A DNA stretch of 64,000 nucleotides, from assembly GCF_009914755.1 (NCBI RefSeq), contig NC_060925.1; one strand, given 5' to 3'. Below the pieces are notes generated by a model that saw nothing but the letters and a program-made list of their open reading frames with translations, was not told where the DNA came from and did no database searches. Source of the DNA: the human T2T-CHM13v2.0 reference genome, Homo sapiens. Below, piece after piece: positions 13,522-27,200 of this stretch (position 1 is its first letter; every line of letters starts with the position of its first letter). Position numbers and translations under genes: made by a program.

Positions 13522-14192
13522 CTATAGATGAAATGGACATAGTTAATACAGCCACAGATGATATAGATGTAGATATACAGACATAGATTTAGACCTAAGT
13601 AACATATAGCTCTACCTAGATCTACCTCTCAGTATTGTTCTGGTTCCTCTGAACAGGTGGAATCAACCTTACTATGTTTACCTATTTTACTGGTATTTTA
13701 GAAGAACCAGGTTTTCTCCTTATTCTTTCCATTTTATTAATTTCTGCTCACATCCTTATCATCTTCCATTTTTTCTTATGTGCATTCTGTTTTCTTTTAC
13801 TGTCCCAAGGGAACACAAAAATATTTTGGTTGACTTTTAATAAATGCATTTGAGATAAAAATGCATTTATAAAAATGCATTTATAAATTTTCCTCTCATT
13901 TGAAAGCATCCCACATATTTTGATACATTGTTCTTTTGCTTTCCTTGCCAAATAAGATGTATTTTCAGTTTCTCTATTAAAATAATGAATTATATAAGAA
14001 TGCATTTTTAATTTTCCAAATATACCACAGAAATAAACCAATTTTTATTATTAATTTCTTGTTTAATTGCATTACAGTTATAGTATAGTATCTGATGATA
14101 ACAATTCCTTTGAAAGTTATTTTGTTAGTGGCTATGTTTTAAATTATTTTTTTCTAAATATTATATATGAAAATGATCCTTGAATGTAGGGT

Positions 14193-14256
14193 TATATATG
14201 TGTATATATATATGTGTGGGTGTGTGTGCGTCTGTGTATGTGTGTCTGTATGTGTA
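14193..14256. repeat. (TA)/(TG) compound dinucleotide repeat
   Basis: Read directly from the sequence. Confidence 0.85.
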
Positions 14257-14498
14257 TTAGGTGAAGTTTGTTAATTTGTTGTTCAAATTTCTTATATTTT
14301 TATTTGCACATTTTAGTTGATCTACTGTTTCTAACATTGTATGTTAAAAACTGCAATCCAGATTGTGGATTTGCTGATTTCTCTTTGCAATTGTCTCCTT
14401 TTTTGTTTTATATAATTCAGATAATATAATTAGGGTATATAATGGTTTTTATATATTCCTACAGGGGTGGTTACTTTAATTATTATGCAGGATTCCTC

Positions 14499-14845
14499 TA
14501 TTATAGTTTGAATGCGGCCCCTCCAAAATTCACATGTTGCCAATGTGATAGCATTAAGAGGTAGATTATTGAAGTGGTAATTATGCCATGAGCACTTGTC
14601 CCTTGTGAATAGGACTAGGCCCGTAGACAAGAGGCTTCCGCTATCTTGCTCTTTGGCTCTTCTGGCATGTAAGAACATGGTGTTCTGCACTTCTGTAGGA
14701 TGCAGCCTCACCAGACAACTCAACCTGCTGGCACCTTAATCGTGGACTTCCCAGATTCTAGAACTGAGAAAAAATAAATTTCTGTTCTTTATAAGTTACC
14801 TAGTCTTGAGTATTTTGTTATAGCAGCACAAAATATACTAAGACA
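14499..14845 (+). mobile_element. MaLR solo LTR (MST/MLT1A-like)
   Basis: TTATAGTTTGAATG..CCTCCAAAATTCACATGTTG..GGACTTCCCAGATTCTAGAACTGAG..AATAAATTTCTGTTCTTTATAAG..TTTGTTATAGCAGCACAAAA..CTAAGACA. Confidence 0.88.
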
Positions 14846-15116
14846 ACTTCTTATTGCTTTAAATAATACTCTGCTTGTTAAGGCAAATAATACTTTGCAT
14901 TGCTAGGGCAGTCTTCTCTCAGTGTTTACAAAGTATTGTTATTTTCATTCCTTTATTTTTGCTTTTTTGGTGGGGTTTTGCTTTTAGATATGATTGAGAA
15001 TATAGCATATAGCTAGATCCTCTTTTTTATAACCAGTCAGATAATTGTAGTTTTTTAATATAAGTTTCATTTATTTGCATTATTTTTAGTTAGATAATTG
15101 GATTTTTTTATAGTTA

Positions 15117-15339
15117 CAGATAGCCCTTAAACAATACGGATTTGAACTACATGGGTCCACTTATACACGGATTTTTCCAAACAAATGCAGATTTGAGGCA
15201 TCTGAAACCTTGCGTATTCAGAGGGCCAACTTTTCACATACCCACATTCTCCATGACCAACTGCAGGACTTGAACACGTGGACTCTGACATATGCAAAGG
15301 TTCTGAAACCAATTTCCAGAGTATACCAAGAAACAACCA
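15117..15339 (+). mobile_element. MER8 (Tigger2-family MITE)
   Basis: TA-CAGATAGCCCTTAAACAATACGGATTTGAACTACATGGGTCCACTTATACACGG..GAGGGCCAACTTTTC..TATACCAAGAAACAACCA-TA, with TA flanks. Confidence 0.85.
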
Positions 15340-15361
15340 TATTTTGTGCTTCGGTTCACTA

Positions 15362-15505
15362 GCCTTTTTATTCCTCTTCATTTTCTTCCTCTTTTTCCTC
15401 CCCCTTCTCCTCGTTCTTCTTCCCTGCTTCCTCCTCCTGTTTCTCTCCTTTTCTGTCTTCTACTAGGGTTGATAAGATTTTCATTACTCCTCCTCCGTTT
15501 CCTTC
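15362..15505. repeat. Pyrimidine-rich (CTT/CCT) low-complexity tract
   Basis: Read directly; explains the Leu/Phe/Pro-rich and Glu/Lys-rich ORFs in the track. Confidence 0.85.
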
Positions 15506-16943
15506 TGCTGGTTTGGACACATTGTATTTCTGGTCTTTTAGTGAGTAATCTAAATTGTTCACATAGTAAACATTTGTTAAAGAATCTAAAATTCACGTTA
15601 CTGCACATGTACTCACCGGGCCAGCAGGTGGCTTGGCTTAAATCCTGCCTGTATTCATGTTTTCCTTTTTCCCTCTGGCTGTAAGTTCTCTAGGATCCCA
15701 TACAGCTGCAGTGTGAGCCACATTCTAATCCACAGCATCAAGCTTCAGTTCTGGTCCCCAATTAGGCATGTTGCTCTATTGGTTCCCAATATTTCATACA
15801 TGCCAAATTCCCAGCTCCCCTATATAATTCTAGACTTGAAAATAAGGAGACATGTGGCTTTAGCTTTGCTTCTGTGTTTTATTTCTACTTTGTTTAGCAT
15901 TTAGGGGAGTTGTGTCACAGCATAAATTCCTTGAGCCATCTTGCCCAATGTCTCTATGTTTACTTAGTTTGTCTCATATGTACAACATGATGAGAGACTA
16001 AGGTTGCGGCTGAGACACATAATAAAATAACTCTTCAGGAATCACTTGGATTTCTAATGGTAGCCAAGAAAAGAATAGGAATGCTCAAGGAGCTGTGACA
16101 TGGTTGCAGAATGATGAGCAATTGCCTCTGGCAATGAAAAAGAAGAAATAATGGGGCATGCAGTAACTGTCTACTGAGTGGAGAAATAAATAAACAGATT
16201 ATTTAGAAGCAAGGAGAGAAAGTAGTAGTGGACACCAACAAATAATTTTCTTTCTAAGTAATTTTACATGTCACACTATTACTGTGGTATATCCACTTTG
16301 AGAAAATAGACTGGAAGTGCCTGTGAATTATTTTGATATGTTTCATTTTATTTGTTATAGACTACTTTTAAATTTAATATAACTATAAAACAAATGTGAA
16401 CTGCTTTTGGTTTACAAAAAAAAATGAGCACATATGCAAATTTGAAGAAATATGATTTTCTTTCAAATTTGTCCAAAGAAAGTGAGGTGAGAATCGGGAG
16501 GAGGGAGGCTTGACAAAATTTCCAGATGAAGAGTCTGGATCTTATCAATTTCACAGCCCAGGAAAGTTCTTCACATTTAGGAGTTATATTTTATTATTGA
16601 GTTGAAACAAACAGTGAGAAGGTAGATCATATTACAGAATATAAGAATTTTAAAACATTCCCCCATGCTTAAGACGACATTTTCCTCCCTAAAATTATAA
16701 GATGAATTTCATGCTCACAAAAGATGGCAAACTGATTGTCTAAGAGAAATTTGCCCTCTATTTGTGGAACAGGTTTAATGTGACCAGCCCCTACCTCTAC
16801 TTCACACAGAAACATTTTTCAGTGTTGGATTCTAGCACATTCAGAGGATATGGTGAGCTCAAACAAAACACGATTAATTATCAGAAACTACCACCCATCT
16901 ATAGCAGGATGTGTTCAGCATGACAATAGCACAGCTGGCATAG

Positions 16944-17168
16944 CAGGGGTCAATGAAATTTTTCTGTAGAAGGCCAGACAAGTAAATAATTTGGGCTTTG
17001 TGGGCCACATGGGCTCTGTTGCAACGACTCAACTCTGTCACTGAGGCATGAAAGCTGCTGTAGACAATACATAAATAAATAGGCAGAGCTGTATTCCAAC
17101 AAAACTTTATTTATAAAATTGGGTTGTGGGCTGGATTTACTGCATTGTCTGTTCTTTGCTGACCCTTG
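16944..17168 (+). mobile_element. MER58A-like hAT-Charlie MITE
   Basis: CAGGGGTCA..TTTTCTGTAGAAGGCCAGAC..GGCTTTGTGGGCCACA..ACTCAACTCTG..AAAACTTTATTTATAAAA..TTTGCTGACCCTTG; termini CAGGGGTC and GACCCTTG are inverted. Confidence 0.88.
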
Positions 17169-19099
17169 TCTTAGAGCTCTTGTGGACCACAAAATAAGGC
17201 ATTGTGTGTCTTTAAGTAGACAAATTTATCATTACATCATTCTATTAATTATGTGGCTGCACCTATCAGAAGTTATAACTCTGGTAAGTGGTAAAACAGA
17301 GATATGAGAAACCCGTTTTCCTGACGTCCAGTACAAATACCAGTACACAACCAAATCATGATATCCAATTGTTACCAGTTTGAGAAAGATCCAGAAAGTA
17401 TTATTTTTTAAGCCATCCATATTACCTTGTGACCTTTAAAATACGTATTATCTTCACCACTCTCTGTTTAAAATTTCCCTTTTATCAAGATTTATAGAAC
17501 CTGAAGTAATGTGAAAAACTGGCAATTTTCTAGTACATGTAACTGAGGGGGGAACTTATAGAAATCATTTAGATCCAAAGGTGACTGTATTGCCCTTAAA
17601 TTTCATTGCTTTCCTATGTGCATATTCCCAAATGCACAGAATAATTAGCAACTTCATTTTGTGCTTACTACGTTATGTATTTTGTATTTAGGAAAGTAAA
17701 GGAATTCATTGAATTGTTCAAAGAATTTAAGTCTACTAAACCACAGTAAAGTGTTAAAGAATTACATCGATTCATCTCTAAATATTATAATAAATATATC
17801 ACCTCAAATTGCTATATTCAAATATTTGACCTGAAGGAATAGGAAAATATTAAAAATTCCAGGTTAACTACCTGAGCATCAAAGTCTCAGCAAAGTTAAG
17901 GATATCCAGCAGAAAACCACAGCTTTTTGCCAGGTGACACACCTCTTAATATCCACATTCTGTCATAATTCTCCCCGAAGTCCCAACTCCAAAGAAATAA
18001 TACATTTTCTAAAAGTCCAAAATATTACAAAATATAAGATATGATTAAAACGACATATACTATGTTGTGAAACAAAATTTTATTTTTTCTGTGATATTTG
18101 TTATTATGCAATTCTTAAAAAGACAAGAGATCTGTGGTCTGATATCATGTCTTATTAGGCAAATAGGAGTGGAAAGTCCTTATATAGTGCCCATCCCTTC
18201 CAGCATGAGCCTCTGCTACAAAAACATGTGAGGACTGTGCAAAAAAAAAAAAAATCAATAAAGGTAAATTAGAGAAAAAAATTAGAAACAGAAGTAACGG
18301 CAAAAATTTCCTTTTAATAGGATCTACTTAGAAAAATGTAACAGTGGCTCCTTTTTTTAATACGACCAGGTTGACTGACAATACCACCCCATATAATGAT
18401 TGGCTTTCTACCTCACATAATCTTACATAGATTTTGTTTTTTTGTGTTAATTCTACTTTAAAAAGAAATAAGAACATAAATTCAATTGTATAGGTAATTC
18501 AGGTTAAAACATGTTTTTATCAGAGTTATACAAGCAAGACCATTTAAAAGTTACCTGGGTTCCCTAGATGATTGGCATAATGCCTTTGAGAGATGCCATT
18601 CTACATAAATAGAACTTGAGCTATTCATTTTCACAGATATCCATAGGTATCATATAAAGCATATGAAGTAAAGTATGCACTGGCAAAATATGCTGGAAAA
18701 TAAGCTGATTATATGGATGGTTAATAACCACTCAAATTTCCTAATATCAGTAGTCCAATGTTCCAGGTAACTTAGTTTGGTATAGCTAAGAGAGTTTATC
18801 TGTTTCCCTTTGCATGTAACTGATAGGGAATGTGGCTTGCTGTGTTATATAGTTTTTGTTAAAATTATTTTATTGGTTATCAGTCAGGTCAACAGATAAG
18901 ATGCAACATAATTATTTATAAGAAAATAATGTGTGTATAATATGGTAAAATCACCAACTTTGAGAACCTCACACATTATGGTTTATCTTTATAAATAGAC
19001 ACACATATATGTAAGCATTACTTTATAGATGCAGATATAACTATGCTGTACAAATATAATATTAGAAACCATAAATGGTCCTTCATAATCTTTTCTCCC

Positions 19100-19585
19100 C
19101 TTTTTAAATATTAAGAATTTTCATCAGGACTCATTGGTACCTTGAATAAAGGCTTCATTTCTGAAAGCACAGGTAGGTGTTGCCATGAAACTGTGTTCTA
19201 GCCCATTGATAAGAAGAGCTCTTCTATACCAACCTCTTTTTTTAAAAAAAGAAAAGTATGTATCTTTGTTGATTGCCTTTCTTGATTGTCCCTTATTTTC
19301 TGCCAGCTGGATGGTAGATGTGATTTTAGGAGTTGCATCAGCCAGCCATCTTATCTTGACTTAACATTATGAATGGAGGCCACATGACAGAGAACATTGG
19401 CAAATGCTCATGGCAAATGCACATGAGAGCAATGCAAAAACCACAGCAGCCTTGAACTAATTATTAACTCAAGAGCTTCATGTGAAACTAAAACAAAATT
19501 CTGTTCTCTTTAAGTCATTTTCAGGTCCCACTTATAAATATATACATACACACATACATACATAATTGGAAACATAATCTAATAT
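19100..19585 (+). mobile_element. Old MaLR LTR (MLT1J/K-like), degenerate
   Basis: GCCATGAAACTGTGTTCTAGCCCATTGA..GATGTGATTTTAGGAGTTGCATCAGCCAGCCATCTT..TTTAAGTCA..AAACATAATCTAATA. Confidence 0.5.
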
Positions 19586-22463
19586 GTTATAATCACTATA
19601 GATTAAATATGAGTGCATTCTTACTTTCTGAATAATGTAATCACTGTCAATAAGGTAATTAATGTTAATAGTAGATGTGTTGTCAGGGCTCCTGAAGATT
19701 AGATTAACCTCATTGCCATCTGAGAGGGAAGGTGCTGGTTAATACATTTTAATTCCCTAGAGGCTCAGTGTCCTCTCTTAATTTGGAGTCTCTGCCAATT
19801 CATTGTCTTTTCTTTGAATCCACCCTCCCCTCTTCCTCTGGTTACCTTCTTTTGTCATCTTTCTTCTGGTCTTTGCTTTGAGATTGCTTCTTCTTCTAGC
19901 CCACCCTAAATTCAAATCAAAATTGCTTGTTAATTTGGTCCTCTGGCAGCATGAATTTCCTTTGACATAGCAGATGCTGTAATATAGCAAAATTGCTTAT
20001 CGATGTTCATGAGAGAAAACTTCCTAAAGGCAAGAACTGTGTCAGACACATACCACAGTCTTGATAAATATTGTGGGATAAATTAATGGATGCCTTAACT
20101 TAGTCCTCTTTCTTATTTTCACTTCTGTCATCACATCAGAAAATATTCGGATTTTTAAAAAATAGGATAGAATTTAAATGTTGCTTTTATAGTCTTATCT
20201 ACTTCATAGACTATCATTCCAAAGCCATTTTAACTTCCCTATCTTATTCAGCCTGAAGTGCATCTCTTTTCTCAACTTCCCAAATAACAACAATATTATT
20301 TTCAAATTAATTTTACTAATGAATACATTCTTTCTTCCTTTGCTAAAAATAGAGAGAGATGGAAAATTAAAGGACAAATGCAAATATCTAACCATAGGCC
20401 AATATGTTGAATTGCGTAAATGAGCATCTCTTCTGATTCTTAGCATACTGGCAGGTCAAATGCTAAGTTACAGCAGTGTGACAATGCACACTCAAGGAAA
20501 TATAGAAAATACATCATCCTCATTATTGGAAAGAAGAAAGAAAATTTTTCAAGAAACATTTCTGGTCCTGAATCCTGAGAGAAGTTTTCAACATGATATA
20601 ATCTATAGAGGGCATTGTGCAATGCAGTGGGCAATATCATTTAGTATGGTATGCAGAAATTACATTTATATAGCCAATTCTTATAGCTGCATTTCATAAA
20701 AGTGAAAGGTTTAACAATGAAGTGAAGCTCAGTGAAGGTGACTGGGTGATGGTGTCTAATTTGATCAAAAAAAGAACATTTGATTTTCCAAAGAAATAGA
20801 GGGGTGGCAGGCACCTTGGAGAACTCTCCCTTGAGCTCGTCTTTGAAGAACTGTTACTAAGAGCCAAACAGCAATTAATTCAAGGTTTTCCTGTAGGACA
20901 AAAGGACTGAAGTCGTTTTGTTCTTAACAGGTTTTTAAGAATAAATTTCGAAGCTTTGAAAAGCCATGTGAGTGCTATCATTTTTTCAAAGAGAATTAAG
21001 GATTCTCTATATTATTCTCCACAAAATGGAGAAATTACCACCCCTTCAAGAATGTATCTACAGGAAAGACAAACAAAAAACTACTTTTTTTGTTTTGTTT
21101 CACATCAGAAGCCATTTGAACACAGTTCTTGAATAAAACCTGTGTAAAGGCTTTGAATTTTTACAACATGGCAACTCAGAGAGGGATATGGCTTGAAAAA
21201 GCACCCAGACCAGGTGATGCCAAGCTTCTACCAAGGCCGCAGAAAGATCCAGCTATAATCCTAAGAAACATTTATAAGAATGTAGTTTCACAAGAGTCAG
21301 AAGGAAAAATGGGAAAATGCATCTCTAATTGAATTGCTGTATTACAGAGCTCTGCGGCATATTTGATCCTAAACATATAACTATTGGAGAATGTCTGGCA
21401 GAAGTAACAACTGCTGTTTTGCCACAGTGCTTTTTCCTAGCTAAAAGGTGGCTTCTAGGTGACATAGTTCGTAAGACTACACCTATCTAGTTCACAATGA
21501 GATATTGGTGTCTTCAACACATAAGGACACATTTGTCTTCTTATTTACTCTGGCAGACAAATGGTTACTGAGGGTCTACTCAGTATGGGCATCCTTAGCG
21601 GACAGGATACTAGCAAATCCAATCTGTTTTCATGAGTGGAAGAGCTTTTGTCATTCCACTACAAGGATAAATAACTCCAAACCTGCGTGCCACAAATGTT
21701 CCTGATGCTCAATCAACACTATTTGCACTTTAAAATACGCAAAGATTTTCTGCCATTTTGTGACCATATGAGCTGCATTTTAGAAGTAAATCAACATGCT
21801 GTAGTTTCCAAAGTATGCTTCAGTACTTAAGGGATTTTGTACAATATACTTAATATTTCAGCAATGATAGGAAAGTAAATATTAATCTCCCTAGTCAATT
21901 AATCTAAACAGAATTCTCACCCTAAAGTAGAAGAGTTTTTATACAGCTGTGTTACCCTGTGTCAAAAGGAATGGCATAAACAAAATCTGCGATTAAGGAT
22001 TTGGCACTGTGTCAAGCATCTCAGAAACAGCATCTTTCTGACCTTTTAATTTTTTTTTTTTTTGCCAGATCCAAATTATTTTGCATTTGATACAAGTAGA
22101 AAGGAATTGAGGCACAGAACAATGTAAGCAAACATAGTATCTCCTGTCCAACAGAAAGCCAGTGGGTAATGTGTCTGAAAAACTCAGTAACTGCTTCTCT
22201 TTATTAGCTTATGGCTAGCCTGGAATAGGTATTAGCACTTATACTTCTTCCCTGAGTGTGACTGGAAGATTGTGCTCAAAAACCTAAGCAATCTGGGAAC
22301 AGTGGGAAGCAGAAGCATAGGTGGGGAGCCCTGGGAAATGCGTGCAAGACCTAAGAACTTTAAGAGAAGGTAAGTAGATAGTAGAGCATATTTATCAATG
22401 ATTAAAGCATATTTTAACACTGACGTTCAAAGCTTTCATGATACAATGATGAATTTAACCAGT

Positions 22464-22998
22464 TACACTAGTTTCCTATTGCTATTATAACTACTGATCA
22501 TAAACACAGTGGCTGAAAGCAACACAAATATATTATATTTGTATTATATTTCAGCTTCAGGGATCAGAAGTCCAACTCCACCCTCACCGGCCTAAATAAA
22601 ATCAGAGGAGAAGGGCTACATTCTCTGTTGAGGCTCTAGGGGAGAATGAATCTGCTTATCTTTTTCCAGCTTCTAGATGGCACCTGCATGCCTTCTTGGG
22701 GCCACATTTCTTCAACTCCAAAGCCAGCAACATGTGGTCAAGGTCTTTTCGTGCTGCCATTTATCTGGTTCCTTTTCTTCTGCCTCCTTTTTCCACTTAT
22801 GAGAACCAATGTGATTACATTAGGCCCACCTGTATAATCCAATATCATCTTCTCATCTCAAAGCCAGCTAAATAGCAACCTTAAATTTCATATGCAACCT
22901 TAATTTTCCTTCGCCTAACCAAATATATTCAGATTCCAGGGACTAGGATGTGGAACATCTTTGTAAGGGAGGAGAATCGTTATGCCGCTTACTGCACA
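22464..22998 (-). mobile_element. MLT1D-like MaLR solo LTR
   Basis: CTAGTTTCCTATTGCTATTATAAC..GAGGCTCTAGGGGAGAAT..TTTTCCAGCTTCTAGA..GTGATTACATTAGGCCCACCTGTATAATCCA..GATTCCAGGGACTAGGATGTGG. Confidence 0.85.
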
Positions 22999-24167
22999 TA
23001 TTATATGTGTTAAACATATATTTTTGTTAAATCTCTTTACTCAGTAAAACTTTTGATGGATTCACTCATTTCAACAGAATGTCATCTTACCTCTTGCATT
23101 GCACGCCTGTCCCTCCCTATACTTTGAACCCCATTAAGCCCAATCCCAGTAACAGAAATCACTTACTTTTACAAACGGATGTTGAAATATTATGGCTTTG
23201 TCTTTTTAATGTGTGGGGAAGACTGCCATCTCTACCCTCAGAGGAAGCCTAAATATTACCTATTCTGTTACCATTTTTCTGTGTCCCATTTTATTCTCCT
23301 CTGGATCCATAGTGCAGTTTACTCATATCAACATCCTGTACATCACTCGATACATGACTATCTCCTCCCTTAGGTTAGAGGATACCAGAGGACAGAAATT
23401 GTCTAAACTTCATCTTTGCCTTTAGTAGGAGTCTTCACTTCAATAATGTTATTAGTAGAAAGATTTGTTCTGTGAAAAGTGACCCAATCTATGTTTCTTA
23501 TATTTGGACCAGACCCATACTGCAGAATATTATTCATCCCTGAGCCATCCGTCAAATGCATTTTATACATTTTACCACCATAAGAAGCCAAACTGTGTAA
23601 TTGTCTCATCTCAGTGTCTTTCTTTCTACATTGCAGTAGAGACTCAACAGAGTTCATTGCCGAATAAGACAATAAAAGACCATGAATTTCACAGACAGGC
23701 CAGAGATAGCAGAGGGCTAGGGGAACCAAAGCTTGGCCAGGGAAATGGACAGAAGAATGAAAAAAGAACATAAGTAAAAAGCCACTCCAGAAATTACAGA
23801 GCACTAGTTAGAAGAAGGAAGTATACTTATTCATATATCCTGCTTTATGGGAGACAGGGGGTAATTCTGACCTAAACCAGGATGAAGAAAGTGAGACGAC
23901 TATTTCATCTGTTTTCCAGATGGACATGTTAATATTAACATCTTACTCAGGAAATTCTACTGCTTTCTTATAAAAGAGATCTTTAGCTTTTTAAAGACCT
24001 TGCCATACCCTCTGAGGTGTGTTTAAAGAAAGAAGTAGGAGCAGAAGGGATAAAACCTTAATGTTTACATTAATGTGTTCAGCAAATATTTATATTTGTT
24101 GCAAAAACATTAAATGGCCAGATGTATAATTGAAAATAAAAAGAAGAAAAAAGAAAAGTCTGGAACC

Positions 24168-24278
24168 TATTTCAAAAATGATTATGAATTTTGAGACACA
24201 TTAAAACAAGCACAAGGCCCTTCTATGTACAGGGTCTGTGCAGCTGCAAAGGTTCTATGGCTGGGAAGCCAAGCTTGC
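24168..24278 (-). mobile_element. MER91A-like hAT MITE, partial
   Basis: CATTAAAACAAGCACAAGGCCCTTCT..GGGTCTGTGCAGCTGCA..GAAGCCAAGCTTG resembles the reverse of the MER91A 5' half and the copies at 30044 and 60846. Confidence 0.55.
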
Positions 24279-24464
24279 ACTGATCTTTGATTTTTAATTA
24301 AAACTTCCTAGAATAATGAAACAATTACTGAAATTCAGGAATATTGCCTTAGATCTTTCATCATACTTAAGGACTGAAGTAAAAGCATAATATCTATCAA
24401 ATACTCATAGTTTTTTTTCATATTGAAGTAAACTTAATGTGTATCTCATCCAATACCACTTGAC

Positions 24465-24581
24465 TATAGAAGACATAGATTTTGGAGCCCAAATTAGTGA
24501 GCTAAAATCTCATATCTGATCATTTAGTAGCTATGTGACTTTGAGAAATTCACCTAGTCTCTTTTCTATACAAATGTAACA
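24465..24581 (+). mobile_element. MIR, 5' half (split by Tigger4)
   Basis: CATAGATTTTGGAGCCCA..CATTTAGTAGCTATGTGACTTTGAGAAATTCACCTAGTCTCT. Confidence 0.75.
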
Positions 24582-27200
24582 CAGATTAAGCATCCCCTAA
24601 CCTGATAATTCAAAATCCTAAATGCTCCAAAATCTGAAACTTAAGCCTCAACATTATGCCACAAGTGGGACATTCTCCCCATGACCTCAACTGAGAGGTC
24701 ACAGTAAAACTTAGGCTCCCAAGACACAGTTTATTCGGCATCCCCAAAGGAAAAAAGGCCCCTCCAGCACCCTCAGCTGTGATATATCTTTTCTGAACAC
24801 ACCCAGATTCCCTCATACAAGCATGATCACAAGAAGCAATAAAACGGCATGTGTGAAGGCTGGACACACCAAGGGCAGGTTCTCCATGATGCCCCACCAA
24901 GGGCCAAGACCTAGATGCATTTCTGCTGCATTTTTTTTTACTTATTCTCTGCTCTGTAGTGTAAAGATATTGTTGCAAATGTCAAAAGGCCTGCAGATAA
25001 CCCTATGGGTAACAGTGATAAGAATAGAAAGCATATGTTTATCTGTAACAAGAAAATCAAGCTGTTGGTGAAACTGGACAATGGTATAAGTGTCAAGCAT
25101 CTCCAAGAAGAGTCTGGTGTCAGAACAACCACCATATATGACCTGAAGAAACATAAAGATAAACTGTTGAAGTTCTATGCTGAAAGTGATGAACAGATGT
25201 TAATTTAAAAAAAATAGCAAAACCCTGCATAAAGCTAAAAATGAAGATCTCAATTGTGTATTGAAAGAGGGGATCCATCAGCATCACAGTGAACACATGC
25301 CATTTAATGGAATGCTGATTATGAAACAAGCAAAGATCTATCATGATAAACTGAAAATTGAAGGGGACTGTGAATATTCAACAGGTTGGCTGCAGAAATT
25401 TAAGAAAAAATACAGCATTAAATTTTTAAAGATTTTTGGTGACAAAGAATCTGTTGATCATGACGCAGCAAAGAAATCCATTGGCAAGTTTGCCAAAGTC
25501 ATCCTGGATGAAAATCTGATGCCACAACAAATCTATAATGCTGATAAAACATCACTTTTCACATAATTGCTGAAGAAAAACACTGACTACAGCTGGTCAG
25601 ACAGTCCCAACAGCAATTGAGAATGCCAAGGATAGAATAACTATACTGGGCTGTGCTAATGCCACAGACACATATAAGTGTAAACTTGCAATGATTGGTG
25701 AAAGCTTACATGCTTGCTGTTTTCAGAGTGCATTTCTGACCAACCCATTATTATGCTTACAAAAAGGTATGGATCACCAGGGACATCTTCTTCGATTGGT
25801 TTCACATTTTATATCAGTTTTTTGTGTTCACTGCAGGGAAACTGGGGTAGATGAAGACTGCATGCTTTTGTTATTCCTTGACAACTGTTGTACTCATCCT
25901 TCAGCTGAAATAATCATCAAAAATAATATTTATGCCATGTACTTTCCCTCAAATATGACCTCATTAATTAAGCCATATAACTAGGGTAGTTTTAGATCTA
26001 TGAATAACTATAAAAGCACTTTCTTGAACCATATACTAGCATGGGATGTGGATGGTTACCAAAAGGAGTTTAGCATGAAGGATGCCATATGTGCTGTTGG
26101 CAGGGCTCCAAGCACTGTGTTCCAAACACAGTGGCTGGCAGAACCACTGGCACAACCCATGGCCTATGACTATGTTCAGTGATAAGGATGAACAAGGCAG
26201 CGACTTTGAAGGATTCCACATGTCAAGTGAGAGAAAGATGACGTCTGAACTCCTTACACGTGCAAAAAATATGCCGTCAGAGTTTTTAACATCAGTAATG
26301 AAGCCCAGTTGTTCATTCCTTGATTGATGGTAAAATAGTTGAAAAGCTTTCGAATCAAGGTGATCCTAATCATAGTGATCATGGTGATGATGCAGTTAAC
26401 ACTGCAGAAAAAGTGCCTATAGACAACATGGTAAAAATGTGTGATGGGCTAATTGAAGGACTACAGAAGTATGCATTCATAACAGAACAAGAAATCATGT
26501 CAGTTTACAAAATCAAAGACACATTTCTGAAACAAAAACTTGTTGTTAATGAGGCAGATGACTCTGGAGGAAACATTTTTAAAAACCATCCAGCAGAATG
26601 CTTCCTCATCCCTAAAGGACTCACTCCATGGTGTCTCAACTGCTTCTGATGTTTCTTCTCACCTAAAAAATTTATGGTATACAGTAATATTTTAATCAAA
26701 TCACAGCATTGTAGGTAGATACTGAAAGCTGGCTGTTGTTTGTTATTGCTGTTGATTAACAGCTGGTATAGGTACTCTGGTGAAGTCACTGGGATGCTTA
26801 GTTACCTGAACACATTATTTTTTTCACTGAATCAACAGCACGTCATATTTTTACTGTTAAGTCCTTGTGTGTGAGTAAGTGTAAGAAAATCATTGCTTAT
26901 TGGTAGCATATAAATTCAAAGTTAGGAATGAAGATTATGCCAAACAACCACAGATCGTCCACATGGGTGGCTGAGATAGTGACCCCTTTGCTTTCTGATA
27001 GTTCAATGTATACAAACTTTGTTTCATGCACAAAATTGTTTAAAAAATATTGTATAAAATTACCTTGCATATTAAACATGAAAGAATTTTATGTTTAGGC
27101 TTGGGGCCCATCCCCAAGATATCTCTTTATGTATATGCAAATATTCCAAAATTTAAAATAATTCTGGTCTCAAGCATTTAGGTTAAGGGATACTGAATTG
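24582..27200 (+). mobile_element. Tigger4 (Zombi) TcMar-Tigger DNA transposon, near full length (~2.6 kb)
   Basis: Left end CAGATTAAGCATCCCCTAACCTG..AAATGCTCCAAAATCTGAAAC and right end ..GGTCTCAAGCATTTAGGTTAAGGGATACTGAATTG form imperfect TIRs; internal decayed pogo-type transposase. Confidence 0.92.
24979..26560 (+). pseudogene. Decayed Tigger4 transposase (pogo/CENP-B/Jerky-like: HTH-psq, CENPB-HTH and DDE_1 domains)
   Basis: ORF pieces 25005-25208 (KIKLLVKLDNG..TTIYDLKKHKDKLLKFYA), 25261-25566 (STGWLQKFK..QIYNADKTSLF), 25691-25984 (LFLDNCCTHP..FPSNMTSLIKP) and 26320 onward; several stops and frameshifts. Confidence 0.9.

Larger units (their letters stand above)
13740..15946 (-). mobile_element. 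Ancient L1/HAL1-like antisense tract, interrupted by a MaLR LTR, MER8 and simple repeats
   Basis: T-rich antisense L1-like pieces (ATTGTGGATTTGCTGATTTCTCTTTGCAATT; AGCATATAGCTAGATCC) ending in GCCATCTTG, typical of an old L1 5' end; boundaries approximate. Confidence 0.45.

Noticed and set aside
13841-13887. Three copies of the palindrome AAATGCATTT
   Set aside because: Short slippage repeat in AT-rich, old-L1-like sequence
15278-15684. Hydrophobic and Glu/Lys-rich ORFs
   Set aside because: Produced by the CT-rich low-complexity tract
24979-26560. Possible JRK/JRKL/TIGD gene or processed pseudogene
   Set aside because: Bounded by transposon TIRs with no poly(A) tail and full of stops and frameshifts, so it is a transposon fossil
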